This document shows positions 9,720-18,985 of a stretch of DNA of 64,000 nucleotides, in pieces. Position 1 is the stretch's first letter. The number at the start of each line of letters is the position of its first letter. The position numbers and the translations under genes were made by a program. The stretch is from Alphaproteobacteria bacterium (GTDB lineage Bacteria > Pseudomonadota > Alphaproteobacteria > UBA2966): NCBI GenBank assembly GCA_964291395.2, contig OZ219856.1, forward strand, positions 1,600,001 through 1,664,000, read 5' to 3'. The notes below the pieces were generated by a model. The model saw nothing but the letters and a program-made list of their open reading frames with translations, was not told where the DNA came from and made no database searches.

Positions 9720-10969
9720 ATGCGAGACGGTTTCAAGAGTGCTCTCAATCGGCTTCAGGTGAGCCGGCGTGACTTCATGCGCGTGGCCGGCCGCTTCGGC
9801 ATGACGTCGACGCTGTTCGGCGCGGCGTCCGTGGCCACCGGCGCCATCACGCTGCCCAAGCTGGCCAGCGCGGCCGAATCCAATTATGAGAAGCGTTTCA
9901 AGAAGGAGCCGAAACACACCCTCAAATTCGGCCCCGACGGCCTCAGCGCGGAGCGTCTTCTGATCCAGCGCTCGGGCGAGTTGTTCTGGTCCCAAGACAT
10001 CGAGGAGCGTACCGACGGCGAAATCCGCATCGAGTTCATCGGCAGCGGCCAGATCTGCAACCAGCTCGATTGCATCAAGAAGTGCCAGCAGGGAATCATC
10101 GACATCTACTCGTCGTCGACCCAGAACGCCGCCGGCTCGGCTCCCTACCTCAACGTTCTCGACTACGCCTACGTGTTCCCGACCCGGGCGTCCCAGTACT
10201 ACTTCTTCTATCACCCGAAGAGCGAGGCAACTGCTTCGCGAGCCCATGCGCCGCATTCACGGCATCGTGTGCCTGCACACCCATGCCGAGCTGCGCAACA
10301 TGATGATGGGCCTGAAGTACAACGACTCCAAGGATCTCACCAAGATCGAGGACCTCTTCGGCACCAAGAACAGGGTGACGGGCACGCAGTTGGGCCGCAT
10401 CGCCATGCAGCTCATGAACCTCAACCCGGTTCCCATCGCCTGGGAGGAGACGCTCGACGGCCTCAAGCAGGGCTTGGTGGACGGCGCCGAGACGTGGTCG
10501 TCGGCTTCGGCGTTCGCCAACATGGGTCCGGTGGTCGCGCAGGACGTGGGACTGGAGTTCTTCTCGGGCAACCACCTCTCGGGGATGCGGATTCAGACGT
10601 ACGAGTCGCTGTCGCCGGAACTGCAGGATGCCGTGATGGAATCCGCCTACACCTCGCAGGTCATGGTCCAGCACGCCAACGAGGCATCGTTGATCAACGT
10701 GGTCGGCGCCTCGTCGCCGCAGCACCCCAACACGCACTATTCGCAGCACAACGTGCGTTTCGTGCCGTTCTCGGCCGAGGAGAAGAAGAAGTGCCAGGAG
10801 CTGTGCTCGCCGGAATTCGTGCCGGAGCCGTGGGAGAAGTGGCGCAATCGGATCAACAAATGGGCGAAGGGCCTGGATACCTACACGGAGGTCTTCAATA
10901 TCGCCCGCGAGATCCCGGAAACGATGCTGGCGGAGCACGTCGAGCCCCGGCGTTGGTGGAAGAAGCTAG
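9720..10969 (+). CDS. dctP: TRAP transporter substrate-binding protein DctP with Tat signal (apparent frameshifts near 10230 and 10965)
   Basis: SRRDFMRV twin-arginine leader; IEERTDGEIRIEFIGSGQIC; continues in another frame as LLREPMRR...PVPIAWEETLDGLKQGLVDGAETW...PRRWWK; TAG at 10967 followed by a hairpin. Confidence 0.85.
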
Positions 10970-10980
10970 TCCGTTCGATT

Positions 10981-11010
10981 AAGGTGCGGGGGCCGTCGCC
11001 CCCGCGCCTT
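10981..11010 (+). other. Stem-loop after dctP (mRNA stabiliser or terminator)
   Basis: AAGGTGCGGGGGC-cgtc-GCCCCCGCGCCTT, a 13-bp stem with one G-U pair. Confidence 0.65.
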
Positions 11011-11069
11011 CATTTCCCATCAGGATTCTACGGCGGGTCGGCAAGGCTCCGCCTAACCATCTGGAGTTG

Positions 11070-11604
11070 ATGATGGCCCCGTTGCTTGCGGCGCTGCGCT
11101 GGATCGACCAGAACCTGGAGAAGTGGATTATCCTCGCGGCCTACATGACCATGGGCGGGATAATCTTCGTCGAGGTTATCCGCCGCTTCGCGTTCTCGCT
11201 TCAGGCGCCCTGGAGCACCTCCGTTCCCGTATACCTCTTTCTCTGGGTGACGTGGCTCGGCTGCGCCTACAACGTCAAGATCCGCACCCACCTGAGCTTC
11301 GACGAGCTGCGGCTCAGGATGCCCTACAATGCCCAGTTCCTCTGCCTGATCCTCGACGCGGTCTGCTGGATCGTGTTCTCGCTGATCGTGGTCTACTTCA
11401 CGATCGAACAGGTCCAGGTCGTGCACATGAACTTCGCCATCGTGCAGGGCACCGACGACATCATGCAGTGGTGGTTCTACATCCATCACCCCGATCGCCT
11501 GGGCGCTGATCATCTACCGTTCCCTGGAGAACCTCTGGCAGGACTACCAGCAGTTCCAGCGCAAGGAGCCCTTCCAGATCGTCCACTCCATACTGGGCGA
11601 CTGA
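11070..11604 (+). CDS. dctQ: TRAP transporter small permease DctQ (apparent frameshift near 11483)
   Basis: IFVEVIRRF...YLFLWVTWLGCAY...HLSFD; C-terminus ITPIAWALIIYRSLENLWQD..LGD* lies in another frame ending at TGA 11604. Confidence 0.82.
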
Positions 11605-11618
11605 GGGAGGACGACGTC

Positions 11619-12955
11619 ATGGATGCACTGCTCGTCACCCTCGTCAGCGCTGGTATCATGGTGCTGTTCGTACTGGGCGTACCCATCATTCTGATCATCG
11701 GCCTGTGGACCGCCGGCGTCAGCCTCGTCATCGACTTCACGCTCTCGAACATCGGCGTCACGCTGTTCGAGGGGGTGAACTTCTACGGCCTGCTCGCCCT
11801 GCCCCTGTTCATCCTGACCGGCGACTTCATCAACGCCTCCGGCATCGCCAAGAAGCTGACCGACTTCGCCTACTCGGCGCTCGGCTGGCTGCGCGGCAGC
11901 CTGGCGATGGCCACGATCGGTGCCTGCGGCCTGTTCGCCGCCATCTCGGGGTCCAACTCGGCCACCACGGCGGCGATCGGCTCGATCATGTACCCCGAGC
12001 TCAAGAAGGGCGGCTACGACGAGAATTTCGCCGCGGCAACCTCGGCCGCGGGCGGTACCGTGGGCATCATCATCCCGCCCAGCATCGTGTTCATCATCTA
12101 CGGCTTCCTGATGCACCTGTCGATCAGCGACCTGTTCATCGGCGGCCTGCTGCCGGGCGTCCTGATGGTCATGGCGATGATGGTCGCGTGCTGGGGCGTC
12201 TGCACCTTCAAGAAGTGGGGCCAGCTCATCGAGTTCGACATCAGGCGCATCGCGCGCGATACCGTGGGCGCCTACCTCGGCTTCATCGCCATCTTCATCA
12301 TCATCTTCGGCATCTACTCGGGGACCTTCTCGCCGACCGAGGCCGCGGGGATCACCGCGGGCTACTGTCTGTTCTCCGGCCTCTTCATCACGCGGCAGAT
12401 GAAGTGGAAGAACCTGCCCGCCGTGATCATGCGGTCGGGACAGATCACCGGCCTGCTGGCGCCGTTGATCGCCATCTCGATCGTCATGCAGCAGGTGCTC
12501 TCGTTGCTGGGCGCGCGGGATTTCGTGTCCGAGATGATCAGCGGATTGGGCGGCTACTACCCGGTCCTGTTCGCCTGCATGTTCTTCGTGCTGGCGGCGG
12601 GGACCTTCCTGGAGAGCGTCCCCAACACGATCATCCTGGCCCCCATCCTGGCGCCGATCGCGGCGGGGATCGGGGTCGACCCGATCCACTTCGCGGTCAT
12701 ATTCCTGGTCGGCGACGCGATCGGCTTCATCACGCCGCCTTACGGGCTCAACCTGTACGTGGCAAGCGGTATCACCGGCATCCCGTACTTCCGATTATTG
12801 AAGTTCGTGATGCCGTACCTGCTTGCCCTGCTCATAGCGTGGATGTTCATCGCCTGATCCCCGAGCTCTCCACCTATCTCGTGGAACTGGGCGTCCAAGG
12901 CGCCGGGGTCAGGGGTACGGGCGGGGGCGAGGCGGGCTCGTTCGGCCAGCAGTGA
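11619..12955 (+). CDS. dctM: TRAP transporter large permease DctM (apparent frameshift near 12853)
   Basis: Own RBS GGAGGA before ATG 11619; LLALPLFILTG, FAAISGSNSAT, GIIIPPS, FSPTEA, GFITPPYGLNLY; last residues LIPELSTYL.. in a shifted frame. Confidence 0.88.
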
Positions 12956-13089
12956 CCATGGGTTGACCGCTCGACCGGAGGCCGGCGGGGTGCGTGCGCC
13001 CCGCCGGATCCATCCCGCACCGCGCGGATTCGCGCTCGCAAACGTCGTCCAGATGCGCTAAATCACGTGTCAGGAAATGGAGGGTTCCG

Positions 13090-14325
13090 ATGGCTCGAAA
13101 CGCGAAGCAATGGAACGCGCATCCCGATCCCAGCCGGATCGAGTGGGCGGACAGCCGAATCTACAGCGACGAGGAGATCTTCGAGGAAGAGCTGGAGAAG
13201 ATCTGGAAAAAGGTCTGGATTCCGGTCTGCCACGAATCCGAACTTCCGGAACCTTACGACTTCCGGACCATGTCGATCGCGCGGGAGCCGGTAATCGTCT
13301 GCCGCGACGCGGACGACAAGATCCGGGCCTTCCTCAACGTCTGCCCGCACCGGGCCAACCTGATCGAGCGCCGGCCCTCCGGCAGCTTCAAGGAAGGCAC
13401 GCCGTCCGGCAACCCGAAGAACATGACCTGCATGTTCCATGCCTGGCAGTTCGACATGAAGGGCCGCTGCGTGCACATCTCCCGCGGCGAGGAAGGCTAT
13501 CAGGACCGGCTGTCGCCCAAGGACGTGGGCCTGCGCCGCCTACGCTGCGAAGTGGCCTTCGGCGGGATGGTCTGGGTGACGCTCCACGATCACATCGAGC
13601 AGAGCGTTCAAGAGTGGGTGGGCAGCGCGCTCGACTGCATTCTCGAGCCCATCGAGGCCGAGCCCCTGGAGATCTTCCACTACCACAAGTCGGTCATCCC
13701 CTCGAACTACAAACTGTGGCACGACACGAACAGCGAGTTCTATCACGACTTCGTCCACTACCATAACCGCGTCACGGGCTTCAACGACGCCTATTTCGCC
13801 CGCAAGAACATGACCTTCGACAACGGTCACGTCGTCGTCGGCTCCTTCGAGGTGCAGTACGACCAGTACGAGGGGTTCGAGTCCCGTGAAGCGCTCAGCT
13901 TCCCGACCCTGCCGCCGAACAACTGGTACATGATCGATATCTTCCCGGGCATCAACTACAACCTCCGCGGCTCGGCCCTGCGCGTCGATCTGATGACGCC
14001 GTTGTCCGCCAACGAGGTCATGATCGAGTTCCGCGGCCTCGGTCTCAAGAAGGACACGGAAGAAGAGCGCCTTACGCGCGTCCGGCACCACAACACCATC
14101 TGGGGTCCGATGGGCCGGAACCTGCACGAGGACCTCCTCAGCATTACGGGTCAGGGCGTGACCATGCGTCCGGGGACGGAGCCCCGGCACATTTTGCACG
14201 GGCGTCACGAGAACGAGACGATCCACGACGAAGTCGGGATGCGCCACTACTACGACGAATGGTCCCGCTGGATGGGCAGGCCCTTGCACAATCCGACCAA
14301 CCGTCCCGCCGTGGCGGCCGAGTAG
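13090..14325 (+). CDS. msmA: Methanesulfonate monooxygenase hydroxylase large (alpha) subunit, Rieske non-heme iron
   Basis: Rieske motif CPH-X26-CMFH (the 26-residue spacer characteristic of MsmA); NSEFYHDFVH mononuclear Fe site; GRNLHEDL; TIHDEVGMRHYY. Confidence 0.88.
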   Translation: MARNAKQWNAHPDPSRIEWADSRIYSDEEIFEEELEKIWKKVWIPVCHESELPEPYDFRTMSIAREPVIVCRDADDKIRAFLNVCPHRANLIERRPSGSFKEGTPSGNPKNMTCMFHAWQFDMKGRCVHISRGEEGYQDRLSPKDVGLRRLRCEVAFGGMVWVTLHDHIEQSVQEWVGSALDCILEPIEAEPLEIFHYHKSVIPSNYKLWHDTNSEFYHDFVHYHNRVTGFNDAYFARKNMTFDNGHVVVGSFEVQYDQYEGFESREALSFPTLPPNNWYMIDIFPGINYNLRGSALRVDLMTPLSANEVMIEFRGLGLKKDTEEERLTRVRHHNTIWGPMGRNLHEDLLSITGQGVTMRPGTEPRHILHGRHENETIHDEVGMRHYYDEWSRWMGRPLHNPTNRPAVAAE

Positions 14326-14340
14326 CCGCGTATCCCGCCG

Positions 14341-14841
14341 ATGGCCATGGCAAAGCGCAGCGCCGCCGTCGAGGCGGTGAAGGACACCGTCTACCGCACC
14401 TGCCTGCTGCAGGATGACGAGCGTTGGTCGGATTGGCTCGAACTCTGCGACGAGGAGTTCCACTACAAGATCACGGCCTACAGCCCCGAGATCCGCAGGG
14501 ACGTGCTCTATCTCGACGGGGACCGAGGGCAGATCGCGCAGATGTGCGAGCTGTTGCCCAAGCACAATACCGACCACTCGCCGCTCAAGCGTCACGCGGT
14601 CGTCTATACGGTCGACATCGACGACGACGGCGGATCGGCCAAGGCCGTGACGTCGTTCGTGATCTATCAGAACATGCTCGACGGCGTAAATTCGCACATC
14701 GACGCCGGCGAGAATCACCTGTTCGCGGTCGGGCGTTACCTCGACAGTTTCGCGATCAGGGATGACGAGGCCCGATTCGTCGCCCGCGAGGTTCGCCTCG
14801 AGACGCGGCGCCTCGACAAGGGAACCCACTGGCCTCTCTAG
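14341..14841 (+). CDS. msmB: Methanesulfonate monooxygenase hydroxylase small (beta) subunit
   Basis: NTF2-like beta subunit: YKITAYSPEIRR, LPKHNTDHSPLKRHA, VRLETRRLDKGTHWPL; directly follows the alpha subunit. Confidence 0.85.
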   Translation: MAMAKRSAAVEAVKDTVYRTCLLQDDERWSDWLELCDEEFHYKITAYSPEIRRDVLYLDGDRGQIAQMCELLPKHNTDHSPLKRHAVVYTVDIDDDGGSAKAVTSFVIYQNMLDGVNSHIDAGENHLFAVGRYLDSFAIRDDEARFVAREVRLETRRLDKGTHWPL

Positions 14842-14868
14842 CGCCCTCCCCTCCCTGGAGCCATCGCC

Positions 14869-15243
14869 ATGACATGGAAACGGGTCTGCGCGACCGGTGA
14901 CGTCGCCGAGAACGGTCTCAAGCTGTTCGACGTCGACGGCATCTCCATCCTCATCGTCAACCACGGCGGCGACTTCAAGGCGATTCCTCCGCTCTGCCCG
15001 CACATGGAGGAACCGCTCGCACAGTCGGGCATCTGCGACGGCAAGGTCCTCACCTGCACCAAGCATCTGTGGCAGTGGGACCTTGCGACCAACGAACCCC
15101 AGGCGGAGACGGAAAAGCCCCTGCTGATGTACGACCTCAGAGTCGCGGTCGACGACATCGAGGTCTTCGTGGAACAAGAACTCGAATACGAGTTCGACGA
15201 GGACGACGATTACGACGACGACGACTCGTTCTGGGATGACTGA
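14869..15243 (+). CDS. msmC: Rieske ferredoxin of methanesulfonate monooxygenase
   Basis: CPH-X17-CTKH motif, MTWKRVC N-terminus, acidic C-terminal tail. Confidence 0.85.
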   Translation: MTWKRVCATGDVAENGLKLFDVDGISILIVNHGGDFKAIPPLCPHMEEPLAQSGICDGKVLTCTKHLWQWDLATNEPQAETEKPLLMYDLRVAVDDIEVFVEQELEYEFDEDDDYDDDDSFWDD

Positions 15244-15299
15244 GGCCTCTGATCGGGAGCAAAGGGCGCGTTCCGTTCCGTGGCCTCCCTCCCGTTCTC

Positions 15300-15364
15300 C
15301 CAATTCGTAAAAATTTACTGAATTGGTGACCTCATGTTGGCGCACGCTACATGGTTGGTATAAC
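15300..15364 (+). promoter_or_regulatory. AT-rich inverted repeat plus putative sigma70 promoter for the DUF1302 operon
   Basis: CCAATTC-GTAAA..TTTAC-t-GAATTGG (15300-15326); TTGGCG-N16-TATAAC with TGn extension (15337-15364). Confidence 0.45.
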
Positions 15365-15436
15365 ATAATAAAGGCGCGGGCCAGCGGCGCGGGCAACGCC
15401 GACCGCCGCCAACGAGACCACGACAGGGGAGAGGCC

Positions 15437-17551
15437 ATGTGGAACGTTCTTGAACCCGGCACGGCCGGGCCGCTGTCCCGGCGGGAAACCGTCTCGAAAC
15501 CGGTTCGCGGCTCCCTGGTCCTGGCGGCGAGCGCCCTCGCCCTCACCGGACTCCTGCAGGCGCCTCCCGCGCAGGCGGTCGAGTTCGGCATCGGCGAGCT
15601 AAGGGGGAGCCTGGATACCACCATCTCGCACGGCGCGACCATCCGCGTCGGCAGGCGCAGCGACATTCTGGCGGCCGGCGCCAACGACAACGACGGCAAC
15701 CTCAACTACGACCGCGGCGTCGTCAGCAACACCTCCAAGTTCACCAGCGATCTCGACCTCGAGATAGGCAACTTCGGCGCCTTCGCCCGCGTCACCGGGT
15801 TCTTCGACTTCGAGAACGAGAACAACGAGCGGGAGCGCACCCCGTTGAGCGACGAGGCGATGGATCGGGTGGGGAAAGACATCGACGTGCTCGACCTTTA
15901 CGCCACCGGCGCGTTCGAGGTCGGCGGCGCGGCGCTCGATCTGCGGCTCGGCAGACACGTGCTCAACTGGGGCGAGAGCACCTTCATCCAGAACGGCATA
16001 AACGCCATCAACCCGTTCGACGTGAGCAGGCTGCGCACGCCGGGCTCGGAACTGCGCGAAGCGCTGCTGCCGGTCTCGATGTTCTCGGCCTCGGTGGCGC
16101 CGACCGACACTCTGTCGGTGGAAGGCTTCTATCAGCTCGCCTGGGAGGAGACCGAGATCGACCCGGTCGGCAGCTTCTTCTCGGTCACCGACTATGTCGG
16201 CCCTGGCGCGACGAGGGCGGTGATTCCGTTATCCGACGGCGTGAACGACGAGGGATGGATTTGGGCCTCACGCCGGCTATCAATGCCGACCTCGCCGGTT
16301 TCGGCGTCAACGTCCCGGGGGGCGGGCTCGTCCCCATGCCGCAACCGCTTCAGCCGGACTTCGATGCCGGCTTCCTGAACGTGATACGCGCCTCGGACCG
16401 GGACCCCGGCGACTCGGGCCAGTGGGGAGTGGCGCTTCGTCACTTCGCCGAGGACCTGAACGCCACCGAGTTCGGCTTCTATTTCATCAATTACCATAGC
16501 CGCCTGCCGATCGTCAGCGCACGCACCGGCAGCCTGCGGAACGCAAGGTGCCGGTCTATTCGCGGCCCAGGCCGTGAGTGCGCGGATTCCCGCCACCGTC
16601 GGGGCGGTGACCCAGGCAGTGACAGGAGCGGTTACTCCGGCGGTGACCGCAGCGGTAACCCAGAGTGTCACAGCGACGCCTCCAGGAATCGCGGCGATCC
16701 CGCCGCCGCCCAGGGCACATCGCACGCGGAAGTGCGTCGGCCAGGTAACCGAGCAGGTGGCCACTCGGGTGTCCGCACAAGTTGAGGGCCGCCGGGCCTC
16801 GCGGTCGACCGCTACGCGAAGACGGGCACTACTTCATCGAGTATCCCGAGGACATCCAGCTTTTCGGCCTGAGCTTCAACACCCTGCTCGGGGCCTCGGG
16901 CTGGGCGTTGCAGGGCGAGTACTCCTTCCGCCCCGATACGCAGCTGCAGAGAGCCGAACGACGCCCTGTTCGCGGACGGCCTCGCACCCATAAGGACGGC
17001 CTTGTCACTCGCCAGCAGCGATCCGGCAGCCCTCGGTAACGTCCTCTCCACCTACGCGCCATCACAGGGTTCAGGGCTACGTCGAGCGCGACGTGAGTCA
17101 GGCGCAGGCCACCGCCACGAAGGTGTTCGGCCCCACGTTCGGCGCCGACGGCATGGCGTTCGTGACGGAAGTCGCCCTGATGCACGTGCACGGCATGCCA
17201 GACAAGAATGCGACGCCCCTGGAGAGCCCGGCCGGAGGCAGACTTGAGGACACCGAGGCGGACGCCGACGCCACCTCCTGGGGCTACCGGCTGGCGGCAC
17301 GGCTCGACTACAACAACGCGATCGGGGCGGCGAACCTGTTCCCGTATCTCCAGTTCGGACACGACGTGGGCGGCAACAGCCCCGCGCCGATCGGCTCGTT
17401 CGTGGAGGGCCGGACCGCGTTGACCCTCGGACTGCGCGCCGATTATCTCAACCGCTGGGAGGCCGGCATCGGCTATACGCGGTACGGGGGCAAGGGCACC
17501 GAGCGGAGCGACCGCGACTTCGTCTCCGCCTCCGTCAGGTACTCGTTCTGA
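15437..17551 (+). pseudogene. DUF1302 family outer-membrane protein, split by about 5 apparent frameshifts
   Basis: GSLDTTISHG, NDNDGNLNYDRG, RLGRHVLNWGESTFIQNGINAINPFD, SGQWGVA, YFINYHSRLP, YFIEYPEDIQLFGLSFNT, SWGYRL, terminal DRDFVSASVRYSF. Segments lie in successive frames; may be sequence error. Confidence 0.8.
16604..16675 (+). repeat. Degenerate 12-bp tandem repeat x6 encoding (A/S)VTx
   Basis: gcggtgacccag gcagtgacagga gcggttactccg gcggtgaccgca gcggtaacccag agtgtcacagcg. Confidence 0.75.
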
Positions 17552-17563
17552 GGTTTCGAGGTC

Positions 17564-18943
17564 ATGAACGTCATGAATCCCGTGAAAGCAACCACCCTTC
17601 GATCCGGCGTCGCATTCGCCCTCGGCTGCGCCGTCGCCTTCCCCGCCGCGGCCGAGATCGGCGCCGACGAGATCGCGCGGCTCGGCCGCGACCTGACCCC
17701 GCTCGGAGGAGAGCGGGCGGGCAACGCCGACGGGACCATCCCCGAATGGACCGGCGGCATCACCGAGCCGCCGCCCGGCTATGTCCTCGGCGAGCATCAC
17801 CGCGATCCCTATGCCGGTGACCGGCCGCTCTTCGTCATCAACGCGGCCAACCTCGACGAGCATCGCGACCGGCTCTCGGTCGGGCACCAGCGCATGCTGG
17901 AGACCTATCCGACCTTCGAAATGCCGGTCTATCCGACCCGGCGCAGCGCCTCCGCCCCCCAACGGATCTACGACGCCACCCGGAGAATCGCCGCCACCGC
18001 GAAGCTCGTGGACGACGGCAACGGCGTCGGCGGCGCGGCGGTCGGCATCCCGTTCCCGATCCCGGGCAACGGCCTGGAGGTGATCTGGAACCATCTGCTG
18101 CGCTACCGGGGAGAGGCGGTGGAATGCGTCATCGGCCAGGCCGCGGTGACCCGCGGCGGCGCCTACACCATGGTCAAGTACGGCCTCGAGATCGAGCTGC
18201 GCTACTCGCTGCCGGACATGACCCCGGAACGGCTCGGCAACACGATGATCCTGTTCAAGCAGAAGGTGCTGGCTCCGGCGCGCCTCGCAGGCGACCTCCT
18301 GCTGGTGCACGAGACCATGAACCAGGTCCGCGAACCCCGCAACGCCTGGGTCTACAATCCCGGCCAGCGCCGGGTGCGGCGCGCTCCGAACGTCGCCTAT
18401 GACAACCCGGGCACCACGTCGGACGGGCTTCGCACCGCCGATCAGTTCGACATGTTCAACGGCGCGGTCGACCGCTACGACTGGCGGATCGTCGGCAAGC
18501 GCGAGATGTACGTGCCTTACAACTCCTACAAGCTCCACAGCGGCGATCTCGCCTTCGCCGACATCCTCACCCCCCTGCACGTCAATCCGGAGCATCTGCG
18601 CTACGAACTGCACCGGGTCTGGGTGGTGGAGGCGACGCTCAAGGAGGGCGCGCGTCACATCTACAAGCGGCGCACCCTGTACGTGGACGAGGATGCCTGG
18701 CAGATCCTGCTCGCGGACATCTACGACAACCGCGATCAGCTCTGGCGGGTGTCGGAAGGCCACGTCATCAACTACTACGAGAAGCCGCTGATCTGGCCGA
18801 CCCTCGAGGTGCATGTCGATCTCCAGGCGGGACGCTATCTCGCCCTCGGGCTCGACAACGAGTTTCCGATGTGCACCTACGATGCCGATTTCACCCCGAG
18901 GGACTTCACGCCGGCCGCCCTGCGCCGCGAGGGCCGGCGATGA
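17564..18943 (+). CDS. DUF1329 family periplasmic protein (LolA-like fold)
   Basis: LTPLGGERAGNADGTIPEWTGG, PFPIP.NGLEVIWNH, AWVYNPGQRRVRRAP..AYD, GKREMYVPYN, RYELHRVWVVEATLK.GARH.Y. Confidence 0.92.
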   Translation: MNVMNPVKATTLRSGVAFALGCAVAFPAAAEIGADEIARLGRDLTPLGGERAGNADGTIPEWTGGITEPPPGYVLGEHHRDPYAGDRPLFVINAANLDEHRDRLSVGHQRMLETYPTFEMPVYPTRRSASAPQRIYDATRRIAATAKLVDDGNGVGGAAVGIPFPIPGNGLEVIWNHLLRYRGEAVECVIGQAAVTRGGAYTMVKYGLEIELRYSLPDMTPERLGNTMILFKQKVLAPARLAGDLLLVHETMNQVREPRNAWVYNPGQRRVRRAPNVAYDNPGTTSDGLRTADQFDMFNGAVDRYDWRIVGKREMYVPYNSYKLHSGDLAFADILTPLHVNPEHLRYELHRVWVVEATLKEGARHIYKRRTLYVDEDAWQILLADIYDNRDQLWRVSEGHVINYYEKPLIWPTLEVHVDLQAGRYLALGLDNEFPMCTYDADFTPRDFTPAALRREGRR

Positions 18944-18985
18944 TCCCGGCGCCGGCCGGCTGAAACCGGGATATTCGCATGTCTC

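Noticed and set aside
11067-12857. Apparent fused DctQ-DctM (596 aa)
   Set aside because: Produced by a frameshift near 11483; the DctQ C-terminus and stop are in another frame and dctM has its own RBS.
15335-15360. Sigma54 promoter (TGGC...)
   Set aside because: No TTGC at the -12 position.
13540-15705. 721-aa minus-strand ORF
   Set aside because: Antisense to msmABC; no protein-like features.
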